58,878 nt of DNA from Bacteroidales bacterium (GTDB lineage: Bacteria; Bacteroidota; Bacteroidia; Bacteroidales; DASVHX01), in the NCBI GenBank assembly GCA_038246075.1, contig JBBRRV010000003.1, forward strand, positions 1-58,878, written 5' to 3'. Of the stretch, positions 49,205 to 56,613 are shown in pieces; position 1 is the stretch's first letter, and every line of letters begins with the position of its first letter. The position numbers and the translations under genes are program-made. The notes beneath the pieces were generated by a model. It did not search any database. It was given only the letters and a program-made list of their open reading frames with translations, and had not been told where the DNA came from.

Positions 49205-52200
49205 TTAAAACTGCAATTGTACTCCGGCGATGAATGAACGTGCCTGAGGATAAACACCTTTATCTATCCCAAACACACCGCCACCAATTTCAGGATCGTA
49301 ACCGGTATATTTGGTTAAGGTCAGCAGGTTCTCAGCCGACAGGTATAACCTGAATTTGGTAACTGATACTTTTTGGAGGAGGTTGCTTTTGAAAGTGTAG
49401 CCTAGCTGAACTACTTTAAGACGAAGATAATCTCCTTTTTCCAGATAGAAATCAGACATGTTCCCAAAGTTCATATTGGCATCGCTGGTTGAGAGGATGG
49501 GATAAGTGTTTGAAGTACCTTCTCCAGTCCAACGGCTTAGTGCATTGGTCTGGTAATTGGCAGTCAGGATGTCCAAACGACGCAAGCCCTGGAATATTTT
49601 GTTGCCGGCAGCTCCCTGGGCAAATACCATCACATCAAATCCTTTGAAATCAGCATTCAACGTCAGACCAAAAGTGAATTTTGGAATGTTTGATCCAAGG
49701 AAAGTCTTGTCAGCATCTGTAATCTTTCCATCAGGTACGCCGGTGAGTTTGCCGGCAGCATCCAGACCATTGTTGTCAACCCATCGGAAATCACCAGGCC
49801 GGGCATTTGGCTGGATCAGGGTTCCTTCGGCATTCTTATAGGCAGTAACATCCGACATATTTTGGAAAATGCCAGCTGTTTGAAATCCGAAGAATGAGTT
49901 ATAAGATTGTCCGACCTGTGTCCTTGTAACCAGACCCATGGACTGGAAACTAGCATCACCTGGAATAGAATTAGCATCTGAAGCAACATAGGTTATTTTA
50001 TTTTGCAGGTATGCAATATTGGTATTGGCTGAAAAGTTAACCTGGCCGATGTTTTTGCGATAACCTAGCTCAAACTCAACACCTTTGTTTTCCATATCTG
50101 CTACGTTAGCAACTGGTGCATCAGAAACGCCTACATATCCGGGAATAGAAACCGGGCGCAGGATGCCAGTAGTTTTTTTCTTGTACAAATCAACCGTTAA
50201 GGTAAAGTCGTTGAGCAACCGTGCATCAAAACCTATATTGGTCTGAGCGGTTTGCTCCCATTTTAAATCAGGATTGTCAAGGGAAGATGGAGCATACCCT
50301 GTTGTGATGATGCCTGCATTTCCCACAGCATAATTGAAACCTCCCAGAACTCTGGAGAGGTAACCAAAATCAGAAATGTTGTCATTTCCAACCACACCAT
50401 AACCACCCCTGATCTTGAAAGTGTTTACGATAGCGTTTTTCTTCCAGAAATCTTCGTTTGTGAGCACCCAACCCAAAGAGAATGAAGGGAATACACCATA
50501 TTTGTTATTTGTACCAAACCTGGAGGAACCGTCACGGCGAATAATACCGGTAAACAAATACTTTTCTTTGTAATTGTAATTTGCACGGCCAAATAAGGAA
50601 GCTAATTTATGGTTTGTATAATCGTAGGCACCGGATGTTCTGTTAGTCTGAGAAATATTAAAGTTAAAAGAAGCATCCTGGTAATTGGTGATTGGCAAAT
50701 CAAAGGTGGCAATAGATGAACCACCTCCGTTGTTTTCCACATAAGCTCCCTGGCCCAGCAAAACACTGAAATCATGATCCGCTATTTTATTGCTGTAGGT
50801 GATGGTATTTTCAACATTCCAGTTAAATGTGGTGTTAATGCTTTTTCCAAAGTTATTTTTGGTGACCACATTATTTGCATTTAAATAAGAAACAGGTGTA
50901 AATGCCTGATTGCCCCAATATGCTTTTTTTCCTCCGACACTAGACCTGATTTTGATATGGCTATCTACATTAATTTCGAGAAATGCATTTCCAACGATAT
51001 CATCGGACCAGTCAAAGTTTCCTAACCTTGTTTTCATATACGCCACCGGGTTGGTCATTTCCTGCCCTACGATAGAAGAAATCCCATAGGGGTTACCGTT
51101 GGCATCTCTGAATACAGGATTTGTGCTGTAAGGCGATTTATTTGCCTCAACAGGGTCAGTAATGATAACCGGAGTTATAGGGTCAAGGTTGATGGCAGAA
51201 CTTAAAGGACCGCCAAATTCACTGTTTGTATTGCCAATGCCAATCGATTTTGCACGTGTATAACCGAGCGTTTGTCCGAAGGTAAAAACTTTGGAAATTT
51301 TGTGTGTGGAATTTAAACGGAGGCTTATTTTATTGTAATTTGAAATATCCGTTGCAACAATACCCTGCTGATCCGAAATACCAGCTGAAGCATAAAATGT
51401 AGATTTGTCATTTCCGCCGCTTAAACTTAGTTCGTGGGAAGTGCGCCTTGCATCATTATTAAAGATCTCTTTCTGCCAATCGGTGCCTGTTCCAAGTTTA
51501 CTGATGTCAGGGAATACAATGTTTCCGCCGCCATTAACAGAACTTTCATTTCTTAAAGCAGCATATTGGGTTGCATTTAGCAATGTCAGCATTTTAGCGG
51601 GAGCAGAAGTGCCGGCAAAGAAATTATAGTTGACATTCATTTTTCCGGCTGCTCCTTTTTTAGTAGTGACCAGAATAACACCTGTTGCAGCCCTGGTTCC
51701 ATAGATAGCTGCAGATGCAGCATCCTTCAGTACTTCAATGGATTCGATGTCTGATTGATTTAAAAATCCAATCGCACCACCATCAACCACAATTCCATCA
51801 ATTACCCAGAGTGGGTCGTTTCCGCCGCCAAAAGTAGTTATACCCCTTACGCGGACAGTAGATGAAGAACCAGGTTGCCCTGAGTTAGCCGCAATTGTAA
51901 CACCGGAAACGCGCCCCTGAAGGGTCTGCTCAACACGGCCATTCGGGATTTTTTCAATTTCCTTTGACTTAACACTGGAAATAGATCCGGTAACTACGCT
52001 CTTCTTTTGAGTGCCATAACCTACTACCACAACTTCCGACATTGTGGTTGCAGTTTCTGCAAGAACGATATCGATCGTTTTGTTTGTGGCAGGAACGATT
52101 ATCTCCTGCGTTGTCATACCCAGGAATGAGAACACCAGGACATGGTCGGGCCTGGCTTTAATCGTGTATTTCCCATTGATATCGGTTGTGGTTCCGATGA

Positions 52201-52351
52201 CTGTTCCTTTTATGACAACTGAAGCCCCGGGAAGCGCCAGTTTGTCAGCGGAAGAAGTAACAACTCCACTGATCTCCACGTTCTGGGACCATCCCCAGAA
52301 AGTCAGGATTAAAAATAATGTACTTAGTAACAGTTTTTTTTTCATGATCAT
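49205..52351 (-). CDS. susC: SusC/RagA-family TonB-dependent outer-membrane transporter
   Basis: It has a CarboxypepD_reg N-domain (ISGVVTSSADKLALPGASVVIKGT), the SusC plug signature VVVGYGTQKKSVVTGSISSV and the C-terminal beta-barrel end ..AGVQLQF. Confidence 0.95.
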   Translation of the reverse strand: MIMKKKLLLSTLFLILTFWGWSQNVEISGVVTSSADKLALPGASVVIKGTVIGTTTDINGKYTIKARPDHVLVFSFLGMTTQEIIVPATNKTIDIVLAETATTMSEVVVVGYGTQKKSVVTGSISSVKSKEIEKIPNGRVEQTLQGRVSGVTIAANSGQPGSSSTVRVRGITTFGGGNDPLWVIDGIVVDGGAIGFLNQSDIESIEVLKDAASAAIYGTRAATGVILVTTKKGAAGKMNVNYNFFAGTSAPAKMLTLLNATQYAALRNESSVNGGGNIVFPDISKLGTGTDWQKEIFNNDARRTSHELSLSGGNDKSTFYASAGISDQQGIVATDISNYNKISLRLNSTHKISKVFTFGQTLGYTRAKSIGIGNTNSEFGGPLSSAINLDPITPVIITDPVEANKSPYSTNPVFRDANGNPYGISSIVGQEMTNPVAYMKTRLGNFDWSDDIVGNAFLEINVDSHIKIRSSVGGKKAYWGNQAFTPVSYLNANNVVTKNNFGKSINTTFNWNVENTITYSNKIADHDFSVLLGQGAYVENNGGGSSIATFDLPITNYQDASFNFNISQTNRTSGAYDYTNHKLASLFGRANYNYKEKYLFTGIIRRDGSSRFGTNNKYGVFPSFSLGWVLTNEDFWKKNAIVNTFKIRGGYGVVGNDNISDFGYLSRVLGGFNYAVGNAGIITTGYAPSSLDNPDLKWEQTAQTNIGFDARLLNDFTLTVDLYKKKTTGILRPVSIPGYVGVSDAPVANVADMENKGVEFELGYRKNIGQVNFSANTNIAYLQNKITYVASDANSIPGDASFQSMGLVTRTQVGQSYNSFFGFQTAGIFQNMSDVTAYKNAEGTLIQPNARPGDFRWVDNNGLDAAGKLTGVPDGKITDADKTFLGSNIPKFTFGLTLNADFKGFDVMVFAQGAAGNKIFQGLRRLDILTANYQTNALSRWTGEGTSNTYPILSTSDANMNFGNMSDFYLEKGDYLRLKVVQLGYTFKSNLLQKVSVTKFRLYLSAENLLTLTKYTGYDPEIGGGVFGIDKGVYPQARSFIAGVQLQF

Positions 52352-53033
52352 AGTGTTTGATTACATGTGAGAGGATTGCTGATTGGTTGTTAAGTTGTGC
52401 TTAATTATATTAGGGTTAAAGTAATTTTTGGATGCGTTATTTGATTGGCCAACTTTTATGGACAGACTTATCCTAAAAACAGGTTCCAAATTGCAATCTA
52501 ACCAGGGAACTTGTGGGTGTTTCTGCTGATTTAATATTTATCCGGTAACAATATGATCAAATTAAGGTAATCTGCAACCGGATGATTTTTGCAGCAATGA
52601 TCAACCTGTTATTTCATAATCTGCTATATGTTAATACATTAAAACTATTTCAAATTGATAAATTGGTCAAGTCAGACCTTCATTATACGTATATATCTTA
52701 ACGGTGTAATCAGGACACTAAGTAATAGAAATAAAAGTGAATTCGCAAACTTTATTTTTAAAATGTTTGAAATAGTGTGAGAATCTGGATAAAAATAATA
52801 TATTACCAGTTATGTTGTTGAAAATCAGTTGTATACTACTATTCTTCTCGCATGCACAATAACACGAAACTTTATAACGAAAGTTAATAACTTGTCACCG
52901 ATCCGGCAAAAGGGGTTAAGAAATGTAACTATTATATGAAGGAATTGTGATCAATTGCACCGATGAGACGTCAGTGGGGGTATTGGCATACAAAAGCAGT
53001 GTTGTCAGGAACCAGCAGGAGGGGGCTGTAACT

Positions 53034-53066
53034 ATTCACGGGGTGACTTCAAGTCACCCCGTGAAT
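53034..53066. other. Perfect 33-nt palindrome (15-bp stem, 3-nt loop)
   Basis: ATTCACGGGGTGACT TCA AGTCACCCCGTGAAT, read directly. It sits in a locally GC-richer patch (about 52940-53190) of an otherwise AT-rich non-coding stretch. There is no flanking T-run on either strand. Confidence 0.7.
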
Positions 53067-53191
53067 GCTGATGCGCAAGCTTCCGGAGCTGCGCGTGAGC
53101 TGAGAACAAGCGTAATGGGCAAGTTATGGAACGCAAAGATACTATTGACCATTATAGCCAATAGTATCAATGAAAGGGAATTATGTTAAAT

Positions 53192-53335
53192 TTATTTTTC
53201 AAGAACAAAGTCATCTTCGTAGACTTCGATATGAAGCCCGGCTTCAATGAGCTCGACGAGCCATTTGAGATCGCGTTTTTCGATGAGCCGGATTTCAATG
53301 TATCCGAGTACCGGGAATTTTAATGTTGCTAACAT
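53192..53335 (-). CDS. Possible 47-aa small protein (unknown)
   Basis: Hand translation gives MLATLKFPVLGYIEIRLIEKRDLKWLVELIEAGLHIEVYEDDFVLEK*. It lies 43 nt downstream of, and co-oriented with, the lmo0937-type miniprotein gene. It is below the ORF-track size cut-off, and I do not recognise a family. Confidence 0.25.
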   Translation of the reverse strand: MLATLKFPVLGYIEIRLIEKRDLKWLVELIEAGLHIEVYEDDFVLEK

Positions 53336-53378
53336 AAGTTTGTTCTCTATAGTGGTGTAAAAACTGCCTGGATATTTC

Positions 53379-53531
53379 TTAATATCTGCTTCCTGAAATA
53401 AGCCTTAATAATATAGCGATGACTGCAATGACAAGCAGTATATGAATAATGGCACCCACGCTGAATGCGAAATATCCGATTGCCCATAAGATGATTAAAA
53501 CGACTGCGACTAAATATAATAGACTGCCCAT
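53379..53531 (-). CDS. lmo0937-family small membrane protein (50 aa)
   Basis: Hand translation gives MGSLLYLVAVVLIILWAIGYFAFSVGAIIHILLVIAVIAILLRLISGSRY*. This matches the conserved two-helix miniprotein pattern (..ILWAIGFF......IH.LLVIAVI..LL..I.G) of the lmo0937/DUF5670 family as I remember it. It is not in the ORF track (under 60 aa). Confidence 0.7.
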   Translation of the reverse strand: MGSLLYLVAVVLIILWAIGYFAFSVGAIIHILLVIAVIAILLRLISGSRY

Positions 53532-53676
53532 GATGTTGATTTTTTTAGGTGTTTAATTGATTAAAGAGAAAGTTAAGTAAAGTTGTATATTAAAAGTATA
53601 TTGTGTTTATGTGCGCTTCATGATGGTTTGAATCATTTGCTTACAGCAAAGATAAAGCGCACACTGCTGATGAACT

Positions 53677-53718
53677 TTACACAATTCTTAAAAATAGTTG
53701 CATCATTCACACATTTGC
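53677..53718 (-). promoter_or_regulatory. Conserved 42-nt promoter-associated element, copy D (upstream of the lmo0937-type gene)
   Basis: The minus-strand reading is GCAAATGTGTGAATGATGCAACTATTTTTAAGAATTGTGTAA. It is followed after exactly 22 nt by the -7-type box TATCTTTG (53654-53647). Confidence 0.6.
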
Positions 53719-53733
53719 ATGCTGGTATGCTGC

Positions 53734-54072
53734 CTATTCATATGCGCTTTTAATAACCGTTTGAATCATTTTGAACCGCCCGGCGGGTTTTATCATGTTA
53801 GGCTCGTGAGCAGGTATTACAATTGATTGGCCTGCCAGCAGAACATTGGAATATCCATTGATCACAATCTCAGCACTGCCTTCTATGATCTGAACAAAAG
53901 TGTCAAAAGGAGTGGTCCTTTCTGTTAAGCCTTCGCCATTGTCGAAGGACATGAGGCTGATATTTCCTGTTGGTTTTTTCAAGATCGTTTTGATAACCAC
54001 AGAATTTTTCAGATATTCAATAATTTCAGCTGTGTTATGTGCTTTTGCTTTATCAAGTTCTTTGTTATCCAT
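53734..54072 (-). CDS. Cupin-domain protein (112 aa), paralog 1
   Basis: It is a single small beta-barrel with the pattern G.aei.i.G.......Gqsi.iPA. It is about 70% identical to the 55017..55355 product. Confidence 0.75.
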   Translation of the reverse strand: MDNKELDKAKAHNTAEIIEYLKNSVVIKTILKKPTGNISLMSFDNGEGLTERTTPFDTFVQIIEGSAEIVINGYSNVLLAGQSIVIPAHEPNMIKPAGRFKMIQTVIKSAYE

Positions 54073-54110
54073 GATGCAAATCTTCGTATTTCAAAATAAT
54101 GAAAGCTAAA

Positions 54111-54138
54111 TCAAAAAGAAGGGAATAAAATCCCCTCT
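54111..54138 (-). terminator. Probable Rho-independent terminator after the coiled-coil lipoprotein gene
   Basis: On the minus strand the hairpin is AGAGGGGA-TTTTAT-TCCCTTCT (one G.T pair) followed by TTTTTG. It lies 21 nt after the stop at 54159. Confidence 0.5.
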
Positions 54139-54158
54139 TTTTAATTTTGCTCTTTTAC

Positions 54159-54623
54159 TTATTTTTTATGCTCAACCGTAAAGTCAGTCAATGATTGTCC
54201 GAGATCGTTCATGTCCTTGTTAAATTCTTTCTGGAATGCCTCCCAATCGCTCTGACGTGTTTCATAGTTATCCATCCTCGTCTTCAGGTCCTTGTTTTTT
54301 TGCTCCAGGGTCTCGATTCTTTTTTCGTATACGGCATCAAGATCAATTATTCCGGGCTTTTTCATCTTTAATCTTAATTCTGCTATGCGGATTTCATTCT
54401 TCTTGATTTTTAAATCAGTTTCACTCTTGAACATTTTCCATTCTTCAGCAGTGGCTACTTTTTGGGCTTCAGCATCATTCTGCACAGCTTCCAGGTTTTG
54501 CTCGGCATCCTGCAATTTAGCTTCAGCAGCTTCTTTTTTTTGAGCAGGTGAACTGCATCCGGCAAAGACAGTTACAAGTATGAATATTGTTGCTATAGCG
54601 AGGGTGAAGATTGTTCTTTTCAT
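54159..54623 (-). CDS. Coiled-coil lipoprotein (unknown function)
   Basis: The likely start is the ATG at 54623 (MKRTIFTLAIATIFILVTVFAGCSSP, a lipobox). The remainder is a Lys/Glu/Gln-rich helical sequence. Confidence 0.6.
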   Translation of the reverse strand: MKRTIFTLAIATIFILVTVFAGCSSPAQKKEAAEAKLQDAEQNLEAVQNDAEAQKVATAEEWKMFKSETDLKIKKNEIRIAELRLKMKKPGIIDLDAVYEKRIETLEQKNKDLKTRMDNYETRQSDWEAFQKEFNKDMNDLGQSLTDFTVEHKK

Positions 54624-54720
54624 TTTTAATGGTTTTAAATATTTTAAAAATTGCACAATGTTCCGAATTTCTTCCCGCATGAAACTGTCCTCGCAGGTGG
54701 AATTTGGAAAATGAAGTAGA

Positions 54721-54906
54721 TTATAGCTCTCCTATAATCTTGTGCAGTTCATCTTTTGTTTTTCCCAGTTTGGTTTGAAGACGTCCATACAACTCATCTT
54801 CTTTTCCCTCTGTAAACATGAGGTCATCGTCAGTTAGTGCTGCAAACCGCTGTTTAAGTTTGCCTTTCATTTCATTCCAGTTTCCTTTTATTTCGGTCGT
54901 GTTCAT
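54721..54906 (-). CDS. csbD: CsbD-family general stress protein (61 aa)
   Basis: It matches the CsbD pattern: [53 protein letters not shown]. The tracked ORF begins at an upstream GTG (54939); the ATG at 54906 gives the canonical length. Confidence 0.85.
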   Translation of the reverse strand: MNTTEIKGNWNEMKGKLKQRFAALTDDDLMFTEGKEDELYGRLQTKLGKTKDELHKIIGEL

Positions 54907-54973
54907 TTTTTTTGAAGTTAGATGTGAAAACGGTTTCACACAACAAAGTTAATTCTCACCCTACCGGTAAACA

Positions 54974-55015
54974 TTACACAATTCTATAAAAGAGTTACAT
55001 GATTCACACATTCGC
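54974..55015 (-). promoter_or_regulatory. Conserved 42-nt promoter-associated element, copy C (upstream of csbD)
   Basis: The minus-strand reading is GCGAATGTGTGAATCATGTAACTCTTTTATAGAATTGTGTAA. It is followed after exactly 22 nt by TAACTTTG (54951-54944). It abuts the stop codon of the upstream cupin gene. Confidence 0.6.
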
Positions 55016-55016
55016 T

Positions 55017-55355
55017 TTATTCGTAACCGCTTTTTATCACAGTTGCGATCATTTTGAAACGCCCGGCTGGCTTCACATAACTGGGTGAATGGGCTGGGAT
55101 TACAATTGATTGTCCTGTTACCAGGGGATGTGATTCACCGTTGATAACAATGTCGGCTTGTCCGTCGATGATCTGAGCGAAGGTGTCAAAAGGCAATGTT
55201 TTTTCGACCAATCCTTCTCCTTTATCTATTGACATGACGCTGACAGTTCCTGTTGGTTTTTTTAATATGGTAGTGATGACCACAGAATTGGGTACATATT
55301 CGATAATTTCAACAGTGATGTAGGTGATTGATTTTTCAAGTTCTTTAGGATCCAT
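55017..55355 (-). CDS. Cupin-domain protein (112 aa), paralog 2
   Basis: It has the same length and register as 53734..54072, with 78 of 112 residues identical by hand alignment and no gaps. Confidence 0.75.
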   Translation of the reverse strand: MDPKELEKSITYITVEIIEYVPNSVVITTILKKPTGTVSVMSIDKGEGLVEKTLPFDTFAQIIDGQADIVINGESHPLVTGQSIVIPAHSPSYVKPAGRFKMIATVIKSGYE

Positions 55356-55633
55356 GATATATCGTTTTTAATACCATCCCGGATAACGTTCACTAAAATT
55401 AATCTGTTAATAATTTGTTTTTTAAAGGTCAGATGGAATAAGCCATGATAAAGCATTTTGTCATATCAATTGGTGTTTTTAAAATCATGGCTATATATTT
55501 TGTGGCCGGATGTATCCATGATATAGCCCCTGGAAAGAACAGCACAATGATGATTATTTAGTTCAGGCATGATTGTTGCCATCATGCTGATGTTTTATCC
55601 TTACAAAGGTGTTGCTTTTGATTCCTGAAAGCG

Positions 55634-55675
55634 TTACACAATTTTGGGAAAGATTTACATTATTCACACATTTGC
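55634..55675 (-). promoter_or_regulatory. Conserved 42-nt promoter-associated element, copy A (upstream of cupin paralog 2)
   Basis: The minus-strand reading is GCAAATGTGTGAATAATGTAAATCTTTCCCAAAATTGTGTAA. It is followed after exactly 22 nt by CACCTTTG (55611-55604). Confidence 0.55.
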
Positions 55676-55681
55676 GACTCC

Positions 55682-55723
55682 CAAAATGTGTGAATGATGT
55701 AAATTATTTAAAAAATTATGTAA
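55682..55723 (+). promoter_or_regulatory. Conserved 42-nt promoter-associated element, copy B (upstream of the OmpA-like gene)
   Basis: The plus-strand reading is CAAAATGTGTGAATGATGTAAATTATTTAAAAAATTATGTAA. It is followed after exactly 22 nt by GAATTTTG (55746-55753). It is back-to-back with copy A, 6 nt apart. Confidence 0.55.
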
Positions 55724-55840
55724 CACTTGTTTGCCGTCATGGGGCGAATTTTGCAAAATATTATTGATCAAAACCAGATGGATGGTTGAAAAGTTAAACA
55801 AACTTCAATCCATTAATTATAAACAATTAAAACAATTATC

Positions 55841-56512
55841 ATGAAACGATTAAAAATGAGTATGATCATGCTTTTATCCGGAGCAATAATGCTTTCCAGT
55901 TGTGCATCATTAAACAAAACCCAAAAAGGTGCAGGAGTCGGTGTAGTAGCCGGCGGTGCCATGGGTGCAGTTGTTGGCAAGGTAGCAGGTAACACGGCAC
56001 TGGGTGCAATTATCGGAGCTGCAGTCGGCGGAGCCACAGGTGCTGTGATCGGCCATAAGATGGACAAACAGGCAGAGGAAATTAAAAACAAGGTTCCTGA
56101 TGCAAAGGTAGAGCGTGTAGGCGAAGGAATCGTTGTTGAATTTAACAGCAATATTCTGTTTGGAGTTGACAAATCGGCGCTGTCATTAGATGCCAAAACG
56201 AACCTGAACAAACTGGTTACAGTTTTAAACTCATATCCTGAAACAAATATTGAAGTTCAGGGTCATACCGACAACACCGGATCTGAAGCATACAACAGTA
56301 AATTGTCTGTTCGCCGTGCCAGTTCAGTATCAAGTTACCTCAGAGGCCAGGGAATTTCCGGAAGCCGCATTAGTAATAGAGGTTTTGGCGAATCAGCACC
56401 TAAATATAGCAACGACGACGAAAATGGTCGTTCACAAAACCGCAGGGTTGAATTTTTGATCACTGCCAATGAAAAAATGAAGGCCGATGCTGCAAAAGAA
56501 GCAGGCAAATAA
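55841..56512 (+). CDS. OmpA-family lipoprotein with an N-terminal glycine-zipper segment
   Basis: It has the lipobox LSSC and a Gly-zipper GAGVGVVAGGAMGAVVGKVAGNTALGAIIGAAVGGATGAVIG. The OmpA_C domain carries VQGHTDNTGSEAYNSKLSVRRASSV and NRRVEF. Confidence 0.9.
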   Translation: MKRLKMSMIMLLSGAIMLSSCASLNKTQKGAGVGVVAGGAMGAVVGKVAGNTALGAIIGAAVGGATGAVIGHKMDKQAEEIKNKVPDAKVERVGEGIVVEFNSNILFGVDKSALSLDAKTNLNKLVTVLNSYPETNIEVQGHTDNTGSEAYNSKLSVRRASSVSSYLRGQGISGSRISNRGFGESAPKYSNDDENGRSQNRRVEFLITANEKMKADAAKEAGK

Positions 56513-56613
56513 ATCAAATCATGAGTCCACTCTTAAACGCACCTGTTCTTTTTCGTTTTCGGAGTGGACTCACTATTTAAATTTCTATTAATTAAATCTA
56601 AAAAAAACACAAC

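Noticed and set aside
52947-53189. An 80-aa GTG-initiated ORF lies in the PUL/stress-cluster gap.
   Set aside because: It reads straight through a perfect 33-nt palindrome and has no recognisable fold pattern or RBS context. The region is better explained as structured non-coding DNA or RNA (see the finding).
55466-55585. A 39-aa minus-strand ORF (MMATIMPELNNHHCAVLSRGYIMDTSGHKIYSHDFKNTN) lies in the leader between promoter copy A and cupin paralog 2.
   Set aside because: It has no family resemblance and an arbitrary composition. It could be a leader peptide, but nothing in the sequence supports that over chance.
55813-56211. A 132-aa minus-strand ORF rich in Pro/Ala/Thr (..PTAAPIIAPSAVLPATLPTTAPMAPPATTPTPAP..) is present.
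   Set aside because: It is the antisense reading of the Gly/Ala-rich glycine-zipper region of the OmpA-like gene, so it is a compositional artefact.
56523-56571. A 10-bp inverted repeat GAGTCCACTC ... GAGTGGACTC lies after the OmpA-like gene and could be a terminator.
   Set aside because: The 29-nt loop is too large for a canonical intrinsic terminator and there is no trailing T-run, although the loop itself is T-rich. It is left unannotated.
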